NCBI RefSeq assembly: GCF_006345805.1
Contig: NC_043005.1
Location: 74,028,001 to 74,092,000 of the forward strand
Length of the DNA: 64,000 nt
From: Octopus sinensis
Taxonomy: Eukaryota
Reading direction: 5' to 3'
Each line of letters starts with the position of its first letter. Position 1 is the first letter of the stretch. Shown here piece by piece: positions 41,035 to 54,600 of this stretch. Position numbers and translations under genes: made by a program. The notes below the pieces were generated by a model. That model saw only the letters and a program-made list of their open reading frames with translations. It ran no database searches and was not told the DNA's origin.

Positions 41035-44000
41035 AAAAACAATAATAATAATAATATAATAATAATAATAATAATAAAATTAATAATGGACGAGTCAGGC
41101 AGCTAAAACAGTTTCTTGGATATTTTCATTTTTATTTTTGTTGATTTATTTTTGCATTTTATTGTTCTCTCTCAATATAGTGCAGTGCTAAGAACTACTT
41201 CTAATTACTTTTTACCACTATTCACCTATCCAGAGATGCTAAACTTCTCAAGAACATGAGAGAGAATTTAACTGGAGGCAAAAATTTGGGGCAACTGACA
41301 AGACGTTCAACAGTTACAATACTGCTGAAATTACTACTTCATGTTCTGGGTCGAAATTCCACCAGGGCATACACTGAACTGCATCTGCCTGTGATGAATA
41401 AACTAAACCAATGATAAATAAGGACAGTCAGGTTATATTCCTATAACACTGGCAAACAGTAATAAATGGATGTATAAACGTAAAGATAAAAGGGATCACT
41501 AATATCAAGTGCCAAATATCCAATCAAATATTACATATTGTATGAAGTTATTGTATATAAACAACAAGAGAAATATTTCCAAAATTGTAATACGATTAAG
41601 AAACAGTACCTCCAGTGGTCACGGATATTGTCGAAGAAGGCTGTGTTAAGATTGGAGTACTAGTCACTAGCGACACACTACTTGATGGACCGCTCGTAGG
41701 AGGTATTGGTGTGGAAGTTGCGGAAGGTGATGTTGATTGTGAAGATTTTGAAGTAGTCACCATTGATGTTGAAGCAGTGGTTTGTCCTGTTGGAACTGGA
41801 GTACTCTCCATTGTTGGTGGACCAGTTGTTGGTACTGCTGTACCTGTTGTTATTGGGGTACTTTCCATTGTTGGTGGACCAGTTGTTGGTACTGCTGTAC
41901 CTGTTATTGGGGTACTTTCCATTGTTGGCGGACCAGTTGTTGGTACTGTTGTACCTGTTATTGGGGTACTTTCCATTGTTGGTGGACCAGTTGTTGGTAC
42001 TGCTGTACCTGTTGTAACTGGAGTACTTTCCATTGTTGGTGGACCAGTTGTTGGTACTGCTGTACCTGTTGTTATTGGGGTACTTTCCATTGTTGGTGGA
42101 CCAGTTGTTGATACTGCTGTACCTGTTGTTATTGGGGTACTTTCCATTGTTGGTGGACCAGTTGTTGGTACTGCTGTACCTGTTATTGGGGTACTTTCCA
42201 TTGTTGGTGGACCAGTTGTTCGTACTGCTGTACCTGTTGTAACTGGAGTACTTTCCATTGTTAGTGGACCAGTTGTTTGTACTGCTGTACCTGTTATTGG
42301 GGTACTTTCCATTGTTGGTGGACCAGTTGTTGGTACTGCTGTACCTGTTGTAACTGGAGTACTCTCCATTGGTGGTGGACCAGTTTTGGCACTGCTGGAC
42401 CTGTTGTAATTGGAGTACTTTCCATTGTTGGTGGACCAGTTGTTGGTACTGCTGTACCTGTTGTTATTGCGGTACTTTCCATTGTTGGTGGACCAGTTGT
42501 TGGTACTGCTGTACCTGTTGTTATGGGGGTATTTTCATTGTTGGTGGACCAGTGTTTGCTACTGTTGTAGCAGGCGACATTGGAGTACTCTCCTTTGTGG
42601 GTGGACCAGTTGTTGGTACTGCTGTGTACTGTTATTGGGGTACTTTCCATTGTTGGTGGACCAGTTGTTGGTACTGTTGTACCTGTTGTAACTGGAGTAC
42701 TTTCCATTGTTGGTGGACCAGTTGTTGGTACTGCTGTACCTGTTGTAACTGGAGTACTTTCCATTGTTGGTGGACCAGTTGTTGGTACTGCTGTACCTGT
42801 TATTGGGGTACTCCATTGTTGGTGGACCAGTTGTTGGCACTGCTGTACCTGTTGTAACTGGAGTACTTTCCATTGTTGGTGGACCAGATGTTAGTACTGC
42901 TGTACCTGTTGTTATTGGGGTACTTTCCATTGTTGGTGGACCAGTTGTTGCCACTGTGTTGTAGCAGGCGACATTGAGTACTATCTCCTTTGTGGGTGGA
43001 CCAGTTGTTGGTACTGCTGTACCTGTTGTAACTGGAGTACTTTCCATTGTTGGTGGACCAGTTGTTGGTACTGCTGTACCTGTTGTTATTGGGGTACTTT
43101 CCATTGTTGGTGGACCAGTTGTTGGTACTGCTGTACCTGTTGTTATTGGGGTACTTTCCATTGTTGTTGGACCAGTTGTTGGTACTGCTGTACCTGTTAT
43201 TGGGGTACTTTCCATTGTTAGTGGACCAGTTGTTGGTATTGCTGTACCTGTTGTTACTGGAGTACTTTCCATTGTTGTTGGACCAGTTGTTTGTACTGCT
43301 GTACCTGTTGTAATTGGAGTACTTTCCATTGTTGGGGGACCAGTTGTTGGTATTGCTGTACCTGTTGTTATTGCGGTACTCTCCTTTGTGGGTGGACCAG
43401 TTGTTGGTACTGCTGTACCTGTTGTTATTGGGGTACTTTCCATTGTTGGTGGACCAGTTGTTGGTACTGCTGTACCTGTTGTTATTGGGGTACTTTCCAT
43501 TGTTGGTGGACCAGTTGTTGGTACTGCTGTAACTGTTATTGGGGTACTTTCCATTGTTGGTGGACCAGTTGTTGCTACTGTTGTAGCTGGCGACATTGGA
43601 GTACTCTCCTTTGTGGGTGGACCAGTTGTTGGTACTGCTGTACCTGTTGTTATTGGGGTACTTTCCATTGTTGGTGGACCAGTTGTTGGTACTGCTGTAC
43701 CTGTTGTTATTGGGGTACTTTCCATTGTTGGTGGACCAGTTGTTGGTACTGCTGTACCTGTTATTGGGGTACTTTCCATTGTTGGTGGACCGGTTGTTCG
43801 TACTGCTGTACCTGTTGTAACTGGAGTACTTTCCATTGTTAGTGGACCAGTTGTTTGTACTGCTGTACCTGTTATTGGGGTACTTTCCATTGTTGGTGGA
43901 CCAGTTGTTGGTACTGCTGTACCTGTTGTAACTGGAGTACTCTCCATTGTTGGTGGACCAGTTGTTGGCACTGCTGGACCTGTTGTAATTGGAGTACTTT

Positions 44001-47000
44001 CCATTGTTGGTGGACCAGTTGTTGGTACTGCTGTACCTGTTGTTATTGCGGTACTTTCCATTGTTGGTGGACCAGTTGTTGGTACTGCTGTACCTGTTGT
44101 TATTGGGGTACTTTCCATTGTTGGTGGACCAGTTGTTGCTACTGTTGTAGCAGGCGACATTGGAGTACTCTCCTTTGTGGGTGGACCAGTTGTTGGTACT
44201 GCTGTACCTGTTATTGGGGTACTTTCCATTGTTGGTGGACCAGTTGTTGGTACTGTTGTACCTGTTGTAACTGGAGTACTTTCCATTGTTGGTGGACCAG
44301 TTGTTGGTACTGCTGTACCTGTTGTAACTGGAGTACTTTCCATTGTTTGTGGACCAGTTGTTGGTACTGCTGTACCTGTTATTGGGGTACTCTCCATTGT
44401 TGGTGGACCAGTTGTTGGCACTGCTGTACCTGTTGTAACTGGAGTACTTTCCATTGTTGGTGGACCAGATGTTGGTACTGCTGTACCTGTTGTTATTGGG
44501 GTACTTTCCATTGTTGGTGGACCAGTTGTTGCTACTGTTGTAGCAGGCGACATTGGAGTACTCTCCTTTGTGGGTGGACCAGTTGTTGGTACTGCTGTAC
44601 CTGTTGTAACTGGAGTACTTTCCATTGTTGGTGGACCAGTTGTTGGTACTGCTGTACCTGTTGTTATTGGGGTACTTTCCATTGTTGGTGGACCGGTTGT
44701 TGGTACTGCTGTACCTGTTGTTATTGGGGTACTTTCCATTGTTGTTGGACCAGTTGTTGGTACTGCTGTACCTGTTATTGGGGTACTTTCCATTGTTAGT
44801 GGACCAGTTGTTGGTATTGCTGTACCTGTTGTAACTGGAGTACTTTCCATTGTTGTTGGACCAGTTGTTTGTACTGCTGTACCTGTTGTAATTGGAATAC
44901 TTTCCATTGTTGGGGGACCAGTTGTTGGTATTGCTGTACCTGTTGTTATTGCGGTACTTTCCATTGTTGGTGGACCAGTTGTTGGTACTGCTGTACTTGT
45001 TATTGGGGTACTTTCCATTGTTGGTGGACCAGTTGTTGGCACTGCTGTACCTGTTGTAATTGGAGTACTTTCCATTGTTGGTGGACCAGTTGTTGCTACT
45101 GTTGTAGCTGGCGACATTGGAGTACTCTCCCTTGTGGGTGGACCAGTTGTTGGTACTGCTGTACCTGTTGTAAATGGAGTACTTTCCATTGTTGGTGTAC
45201 CAGTTGTTGGTACTGCTGTACCTGTTGTTATTGGAGTACTTTCCATTGTTGGTACTGCTGTACCTGTTGTTATTGGGGTACTTTCCATTGTTGGTGGACC
45301 AGTTGTTGGTACTGCTGTACCTGTTGTAACTGGAGTACTCTCCATTGTTGGTGGACCAGTTGTTGGCACTGCTGTACCTGTTGTAATTGGAGTACTTTCC
45401 ATTGTTGGTGGACCAGTTGTTGGTACTGCTGTACCTGTTGTAATTGGAGTACTTTCCATTGTTGGTACTGCTGTACCTGTTGTAACTGGAGTACTTTCCA
45501 TTGTTGGTGGACCAGTTGTTGGTACTGCTGTACCTGTTATTGGGGTACTTTCCATTGTTGGTGGACCAGTTGTTGGTACTGCTGTACCTGTTATTGGGGT
45601 ACTTTCCACTGTTGGTGGACCAGTTGTTGGTACTGTTGTAGCTGGCGACATTGGAGTACTCTTCCTTGTGGGTGGACCAGTTGTTGGTACTGCTGTACCT
45701 GTTGTAACTGGAGTACTTTCCATTGTGGGTGGACCCGTTGTTAGTGCTGCTGTACCTGTTATTGGGGTACTTTCCATTGTTGGTGGACCAGTTGTTGGTA
45801 AAGTAGTTTGTTTTGTTGTCTTAGGGCTTTCATTTGTGTATGCATTACTGCTTGAAGGTACCACTGATATTGTAGCCACTGGGGTACCGGTTGTTGTAGG
45901 TACTGTAGTTTTAGGTGATGATTCCATTATAGTTGCTTCTGATGTTGTTGGTACTCCACTTGTAAATGTTGCTGTTTCCTCAGTAAGCACATTACTGCTT
46001 GAAGGTACCACTGATATTGTAGCCACTGGGGTACCGGTCGTTGTAGGTACTGTAGTTTTAGGTGATGATTCCATTATAGTTGCTTCTGATGTTGTTGGTA
46101 CTCCACTTGTAAATGTTGCTGTTTCTTCTGTAAGCACAGTACTGCTTGAAGGTACCTCTGATATTGTAGCCACTGGGGTACCAGTTGTTGTAGGTACTGC
46201 AGTTTTAGGTGATGATTCCATTATAGTTGCTTCTGATGTTGTTGGTACTCCACTTGTAAATGTTGCTGTTTCTTCTGTAAGCACAGTACTGCTTGAAGGT
46301 ACCTCTGATATTGTAGCCACTGGGGTACCGGTCGTTGTAGGTACTGTAGTTTTAGGTGATGATTCCATTATAGTTGCTTCTGATGTTGTTGGTACTCCAC
46401 TTGTAAATGTTGCTGTTTCTTCTGTAAGCACAGTACTGCTTGAAGGTACCTCTGATATTGTAGCCACTGGGGTACCGGTCGTTGTAGGTACTGTAGTTTT
46501 AGGTGATGATTCCATTATAGTTGCTTCTGATGTAGTTGGTACTCCACTTGTAAATGTTGCTGTTTCCTCAGTAAGCACATTACTGCTTGAAGGTACCACT
46601 GATATTGTAGCCACTGGGGTACTGGCCATTGTAGGTACTGTAGTTTTAGGTGATGATTCTATCATAGTTGCTTCCGATGTTGTTGGTACTACACTAGTCA
46701 CAGTACCTGTTATTTCCTGTGTTGGTGTTCCACTGATAATCACTAGAACATAATTAAAACGTGGAATTAATTATGATATTTCAACAGTGTACATAACATT
46801 TACAATGCAAACTTTATGTATATATGAATGTATGTATGTGTTCATGTATGTATGTGATCAATGAGGGAATGGTCGTTTTCACCGCAATTATTAGCATTAT
46901 GAACTGCCATCGTATATTTCTCTACAGTGAAATTTATTTACCAAAGAAAGAATAAAATAAAAATCCCTCTATCTCCATGGGAGATGGGTCATGTTACCAG

Positions 47001-47010
47001 GTGCAGCATA

Positions 47011-47064
<54 letters not shown>

Positions 47065-47381
47065 TGGTAGTACAGCATTGACCAGAAGTTGTTATATATC
47101 GCTGGTCGCAATACACTTTGCATTGTTTTAGCCTTCAAATGATGCCACCCATCTGGCTAGGTGAGCAGGCCAACACTAACCCTGATCAGAAGGCTATTCC
47201 TTTACAGTGTTACCCTTTTACACCTGAATGGACTGGTGCCACATGAAATGAAGCGCTTTGCTCCAAAATATAATGCTTTGCTAGGTCCAGAAAATGAATC
47301 CTGTGTGCCAAGCCCTAACCACTCAGTCATGGGGCTTCATACTTTATATACATACATATATATACATACATACATATGTGT

Positions 47382-47426
<45 letters not shown>

Positions 47427-50400
47427 ACTGTAGTTTCAGCTCAGAGCTGTGGCCATGCTGATGCACCACCATGTTGCTACACTGTTATTACTGAGAGCCT
47501 CCTCCAGTATATGGCACTTGGTGAAGAATGGAGTTTGATGTAGCTACCCTCATTTGTACCTCTTGTTGTGAGGTAGGTTCATCTAGGACTCTCAACAGAA
47601 GAGGTCCAATCTTGATTTAAAAATGCCTACATCTACTTTGTATAGTTTCCTCAGGCTCTTTGGGAGAATATTAAAAAGCTGTGGGCTCCTGAAACCCAGG
47701 CTGTTACAGTAACTGGTCCTGAAGTGCAATGGCATTGCTGGGATCTTTGGCACTATGCAGTGTTGATCCGTTCTGACATTGGTGTAACATATATATATAT
47801 ATTATTATTATCATCATCATCATCGTTTAACTTCCGCTTTCCATGCTGGCATGGGTTGGACGATTTGAATGAGGACTAGCGAACCAGATGGCTGCACCAG
47901 GCTTCAATCTGATCTGGCAGAGTTTCTACAGCTGGATGCCCTTCTTAACGTCAACCACTCCGAGAGTGTAGTGGGTGCTTTTATGTGCCACCGACATGAG
48001 AGCCAGTTAGGCGGTACTGGCAACGGCCATGCCAAATGGTGTTTTTTACATGCCACCTGCACAGGAGCCAGTCCAGCAGCACTGGCATTGACCTCGCTCA
48101 AATAGTTTTTCACGTGTCACCGGTACAAGTGCCAGTAAGGCGACGCTGGTAACGATCACGCTCAAATGGTGCTATTATTAAAGCTGCAAAAATATCTCAA
48201 AAATATCAGAAAAAACTGCTACTCAGAGTTTCACATTCCCATTCGACAGTTTTTTGATCACAACCAGTCTTGATCAAGACTTTTTATCACAACTGCCCAA
48301 TGAACGGGAACATGAAACTGTGAGTAGCAATTTTTGGTGATATTTTTGTGATGGTTTTGCAGCTTTAATAATAGAGCATTACTTTACCACCAGTATTTGA
48401 GTACTATTTTTTCCAACCTTGTTTCACATTTAGGTGCTTATTCGTGTGTGTGTATGTGTGTGTGTGTCTCCATTATTCAAACATAATAATTTACTCATTA
48501 TTCCAAAATAAATTGAAACATTCCTATTTGCAAAAATAGTCATAAATTTTGTACAATACTTCCTAACATTCATTTGTCTTACTATTTACCCTTAATCAAA
48601 TATGGCAGCTCAATCAAAGTATGAACAAAATGTAGCAATGAAAGTGGCTTGTATAAAGCTTTGTGAGGTGATAAAACAGCTGAGGAAAGATTAAGGACTG
48701 TGTTGAAAGCAATGTGCAACCATTTTATATTGTAAATTTATATAAAACAGTGTCCACCTGTAAACTTTCATTAACCAAAAACCTAAAACATTTATTTTAT
48801 GATAAAAATGAATAATAGGTAAATATATATGCTGCACCTGGTACATTAAATTTCTGTAAGATATTTACTGATGTATTTGAAATAATTGGATTTACCTGTA
48901 GATGTTAATACTGTTGATTGAGTAATTTCTGAAATGGAAATTAATAAGGTAAAAATATGCTGAATATTTAGCAAACATTGAATTTATTGTTTATAATTGC
49001 TTATTAATGATTTACGAATTTCCCACATGACATAATCAATGAGAAGATGAAGAATTATAACACAGAGGTTACACAAAGGGTAACTGGTATTTCCCAGAGA
49101 ATGACAAACCAGATCAGTGGCTGGTGTAAAGTTCCAGCAGAACTGGATAACATGGTAGGAGAATAGTTCCACAGATAAAGCCGTAAGTGTTAAGAGACAA
49201 GCCTGGAATGACTGGAAGAAAGGGAGCAGCAGAAAGTAACATGAAGCAGCATGAAGAGAAGCTAAATCTTAGATGTATTTGACAACGGGCGCACAAATAG
49301 AAAATAAAAGCCTATCAGAAAATTATAATTAGTATTCAATATATAATCAAATGTAACTATACTACAAAAGGCCTGATAGACTTTTATTTTTTATTTATGT
49401 GCCCTTTTCAAGCCTAGCCAGGCTCATGAGCCCAGTTTCCTGGTTTCTATGGCATATGTCTACCCCCCAGCTGGACGGGACGCCAGTCCATTACAGCATT
49501 ACTCAAGAAACAGAGTGTGCTGGGTCCTTTTTATGTGGTGCCAGCATGGGTGTGGGTGCTTTTCATGTGACACAGGCACAGACACTTTTCACGTGATGCT
49601 GCATCCAAATGTAAAAATTCTACTACAATTTACTATTGTTAATGTTTTCAAAATGTATCCCAGAGTGGCTGTGTGGTAAGTAGCTTGCTTACTAACTACA
49701 TGGTTCTGGGTTCGTCCCACTGTGTGGCACCTTGGGCAAGTGTCTTCTACTATAGCCTCGGGTCGACCAAAGCCTTGTGAGTGGATTTGGTAGACAGAAA
49801 CTGAAAGAAGCCCATCATATATATGTGTGTATATATATATCATCATCATCATCATCATTTAATGTCCGTTTTCCATGCTAGCATGGTTTGGACGGTTCGA
49901 CCAGGGTCTGGTAAGCCATGGAGGCTGCACCAGGCTCCAGTCTGATTTGGCAGTGTTTCTACAGCTGAAAAATCAGACTAGAGCCTGGTGCAGCATCCAT
50001 GGCTTACCAGACCCCGGTCAAACAATCCAACCCATGCTATATATATATGTGTGTGTGTGTACATGATTGTGTCTGTGTTTGTCCCCCCAACATCACTTGA
50101 CAACAGATGCTGGTGTGTTTACGTCCCCGTAACTTAGCAGTTCGGCAAAAGAGACCGATAGAATAAGTACAAGGCTTACAAAGAATAAGCCCTAGGGTCG
50201 ATTTGTTCGAATAAAGGCGGTGCTCCAGCATGGTCACAGTCAAATGACTGAAACCAGTAAAAGAGTTATGATAACATGATAAGATATAACAAGCATGAAA
50301 AATATTACCCTTCATTATATTTTCTTTCAGAGAAATAAATAGAAAGGAAAACACAATTACCTGGGAAACAGGCCTTAATAGAGAGCCAGACTTGATAAAT

Positions 50401-51628
50401 GGTAACCATTGGCTTGGGAGACTCAAGGACAATCTTTAACTTTTGAGCTTTTATTTCATTCTTTAGTAGAAGACTTTCTGTGATATCTGTAGCTAAGAGT
50501 TTGTACGTCTGTGTCGTTTCATCCCATGTACTGACAGAGAAAGTTTGAACATTTCCTCTCAAAATCACTTCGACTAGTGTCACACCAGCTGAGCTGTTTG
50601 TAAGAGTTACAAACAGAGTTGGTTTCTCTTCACTGATTGGAACTGGAACCAACCATCCTGGTCGACCAGGCCGAACATTGGTGACTCTGTGTTCTTCGAA
50701 AATTGGAAATCCAGTAATGGCACTGTCAGGGATGAGTACAGGCTGCTCCATTCCATCAGTAACAACACATGGCACTGTTAAAAATTGAAGCATACATGAA
50801 ATAATATTATATGGTTTCAAATTTTGGCACAAGGCCAGAAATTTTGGTACTTATTTTATCAACTTCAAAAGGAAGAATAGTAAAGTCAACCTCGGAGGAA
50901 TTTGAATTCAGAACATAAAGATGGACAAAATGCTGCTAAGCATTTTGCCCAATGTGCAAATGATCCTGCTTGCTCACCACTTTACTTGCAATATTACATT
51001 TACAACAGTTTAATTCTCTGTATCATTATTATTATCATTATTATCATCATTTTTATTATTGTGTGAGAGAGCAGTGCATGTCATCAAAGTGACATTGGGG
51101 TAAAATATACAAAGCCTAGTATACCCATCATGACTACCTGCCTGATAAGGATACACTAGGCACATGCATCACAACCATATGTGCGCGACATGGTGATCTC
51201 ATATCAAGATAAATAGCGCATGACCTTGCAGGTGGGGCCCAGTTAGAATTATCTTATGGTCGAGTAGCCCATCCTGCTCAAAAGGTTCCTGAATAAGGAT
51301 TGTTTAATGATGTTGAACGAACCACCCATGTTTCCAAAGGTGAATTATCCAAACCTCTAAGATTTCCTTTCAACACACAGCTATGATGCTCCCCGACTAC
51401 TTCTGCTTGTGATCAGAGATGCACATATCGTCAGCCACTAAGGGACATGGTCAACTGGTTATGGTCAAACAACTGACAAGCAAATCTGTGGTATTGAGTA
51501 GAATATTTGCTGTAGTCCATCTTTTATATAAAGACAAAACAATGTACATGATAACACTTCAAACCAGTTAAGATCAGAAGCCATGAGAGCCACTGCCTGG
51601 TACTGCATCAGGGCAGTTATTATTATTA

Positions 51629-51662
<34 letters not shown>

Positions 51663-54600
51663 AAGGCTGAAAGGATAGAAGACATGGAAAGTAGTTAGAT
51701 GGTACAATTAGGTGTTATCTTTACAGCTGTTTCAGATAATGGATGACTGCTGCTTGTATAACACATTCTGAGTGTGTACATGTGTGTGAGTGTGCATACA
51801 GACATGCACGAACACATGTAGAACTCATTTTAAACTCTAAAATCTCATCAGCATTAATAAATGTTTCCACTTAAAGACAAACTGAAATTTGGCAAATTAA
51901 AAATTACAATTTTTGTAATCTTTTATGAAGAATAAGAAGTATATATTTGGATTCAAATTAAATATAACATGCTATACCTTGAGTTGTAATTACTGGAGGT
52001 GTCATTGTTGTTGGTACCAAAGTGGATGTTGAGGTAGGAGATAAGGTGGTAAGAGCTAGAATAGACAAATATACCATTAATACATACATGTATACATTTT
52101 ATATATATATATATATACACACACACAGAGAATGATACAGAAACAGTCATGTGTATATGCATATAAATTGGATGTATGGATGGATTCAAATAATGTAGAA
52201 AATTTCCATTTTATTCTTTTTTCTCTTATTTTTAGCCATTCTGTGTATGTGTATGCATGTGCTTATTTGTGTGTGCGTGTGTATGTGCGCACACATGTGT
52301 CTGTGAGTATGTGAGCATGCTTTAGAAGCAAAAGAGATTTTCAGTTTTGTATCCTGGTTGCGTATAATATGACTGCTATTTCACATAAAATAACTTTGTT
52401 CAGATATCAGTCCAAAGTCTTTTGCTCTCCCTATAAGTATTCTTGGAGATCAATTCCTTCACTTTTCTCTCTCTCTTTCCACCTCAAATAAAGTGAGATA
52501 CAAGGGAAGATTTGGTTGCTATTTCTATCATGTTATGCTCAGGTTTGCTCTCCTATAATCTACTTCAATGGTTTCCCACTATTGAGAACTTTAGTGAAAT
52601 AGTTTTGCAAGTGATATCAGCAAAACTTTCAATCAAATCTGACAGAGAAACATCCTTGCTCCATTATCTACTGTTGGTTTTTAATCTGTATTCCTGCCTC
52701 TTGGAGCAGATATTGCATTTTTAGAATACTCCATTGCAATGTATGCCAAGATTCCATGCCTTCTTAGAATCTGCTATACAGCAATGTCTGGTTATGCATT
52801 CCATATTCTTTCTCCTTTGTATTTATAAGGGAGCCGTTAACAATTCAAACATCTATGTAACTAACACAACCCTTCCCGCATCCTTAACATTCCACAGGGA
52901 TCATCCACACACAAGCACTGCTTGCAAAAATGTATGAATAAAGAGCTCAAGAATCTTCTTCACTAGAGATATGACAGTAAAGTTTTGGTCAACATTACAA
53001 AAACCCAGTCACAAACACATATCAAGGAAACATTTTGTCTTTCACTCCACAAAAGAACAAAAATTGCTCCCAATTCTAAAATGCTATCTCTCACCATTTC
53101 CAGTAACGATTTTTGCTAACAGCACTTAACATAATATTACGTGCACTGAATTTCAATGACTAAGATTCCTTCTTAGGGCCACAAAATACTTTGACTCTGA
53201 TCAGTTACTAATTCTCTACTAAGCTTAAGTAAAATTCACATTACTGTTCTGCTTATCTGAGAAGTTAGTGTTGCTATCATCATCATCATCATCATCATCG
53301 TTTAACATCTGCTTTCCATGCTAGCATGGGTTGGAAGATTTGACTGAGGTCTAGTGAACCAGATGGCTGCACCAGGCTCCAATCGATCTGGCAGAGTTTC
53401 TACAGCTGGATGCCCTTCCTAACGTCAACCACTCAAAAGAGTGTAGTGGGTGCTTTTATGTGCCACCGGCACGAGGGCCAATCAGACGGTACTGGCAATG
53501 GCCACGCTCAAATGGCGCTTTTTATATGCCATCTGCGCAGGAGCCAGTCCAGTAGCACTGGCAACAACTTCGCTCAAAGGTTTTTTTCACGTGCCACCAG
53601 CACAAGTGTCAGTTAGGTGACGCAGTTAACGATCACGTTCGAATAGTGCTTTTTACATGCCACTGGCACGGAAGCCAGTTTGTTGCTCTACACACAAATT
53701 TACTAGAATACATCCAGAAGAAAGCTACCAGAGTGATTGACAAATATATATACTCTGTAAGCTGTTTACATTAGTCGAAGTGATGTCCTCATCTTGATTG
53801 TAACTTTCACTATGTTTTGGCTGAGTACACTTCAGCCCTCTTCAGGTGTCATGTAATTCACCTATATACGTTACCTGGAATTGAACTCAGGACCTTTAGG
53901 TGACTGCACTACATTAATAAATGCTTTTATCCACAATGCTATGCCTGTAGGCAGGGACAGAGTTATTTTAAAGCTTATAAAATTTCCATTGATGTCTTAT
54001 ATTGGCTCCATATTAATTGGATAAAACAATTGTATATTACTGAGATGAGAAACTTATTATGCACATTGTTTATTATGTAAACAGAGTACATAATAAATTC
54101 CTCATCTCAGAAATATAGAATTGTAATACATACTCAACAACACATTGCAATCATTCACAGACATTATATCTCCTCTCTATGCTTCTGGTATTGCTACTAC
54201 AGCAGTTTATGCCTTTGCTGACCTCCTGTGCCTACAACCTCCACAAACATCTGTCTTTCATTCTCTCATCACTCTGATTATGTTGTTTTTACCTGCATGG
54301 CACATGTTTCTGAGTTTTCTTACTACATAACTTCAACTCACACAAACTTCCTCTCTGTCTGCAACAAGCAATACAAGCAGATATTCTTGCATAAATGCAT
54401 TCTAAACAATACATTCCACACTGCTTCCGTGCCAGTGGCACATAAAAGGCACCATTCGAGTGTGATCATTACCAGCGTCTCCTTACTGGCACTTGTGCCC
54501 GTGCTAGTAGGGTTCCAAGAGCACCATCAGAGCCTGATCATTGCCAGAGCGGCTATCATTTGAGCATGATTGTTACCAGTATCACCTTACTGGCACCTGT

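Noticed and set aside
41800-45800. Regular repeat array superficially like CRISPR
   Set aside because: No unique spacers; a codon-preserving coding VNTR in a spliced eukaryotic gene.
41615-46753. Plus-strand Val/Gly-rich, Cys/Trp-rich ([12 protein letters not shown]) and Leu-rich ORFs
   Set aside because: Alternative-frame products of the 51/54-nt tandem repeat, not metallothionein- or toxin-like genes.
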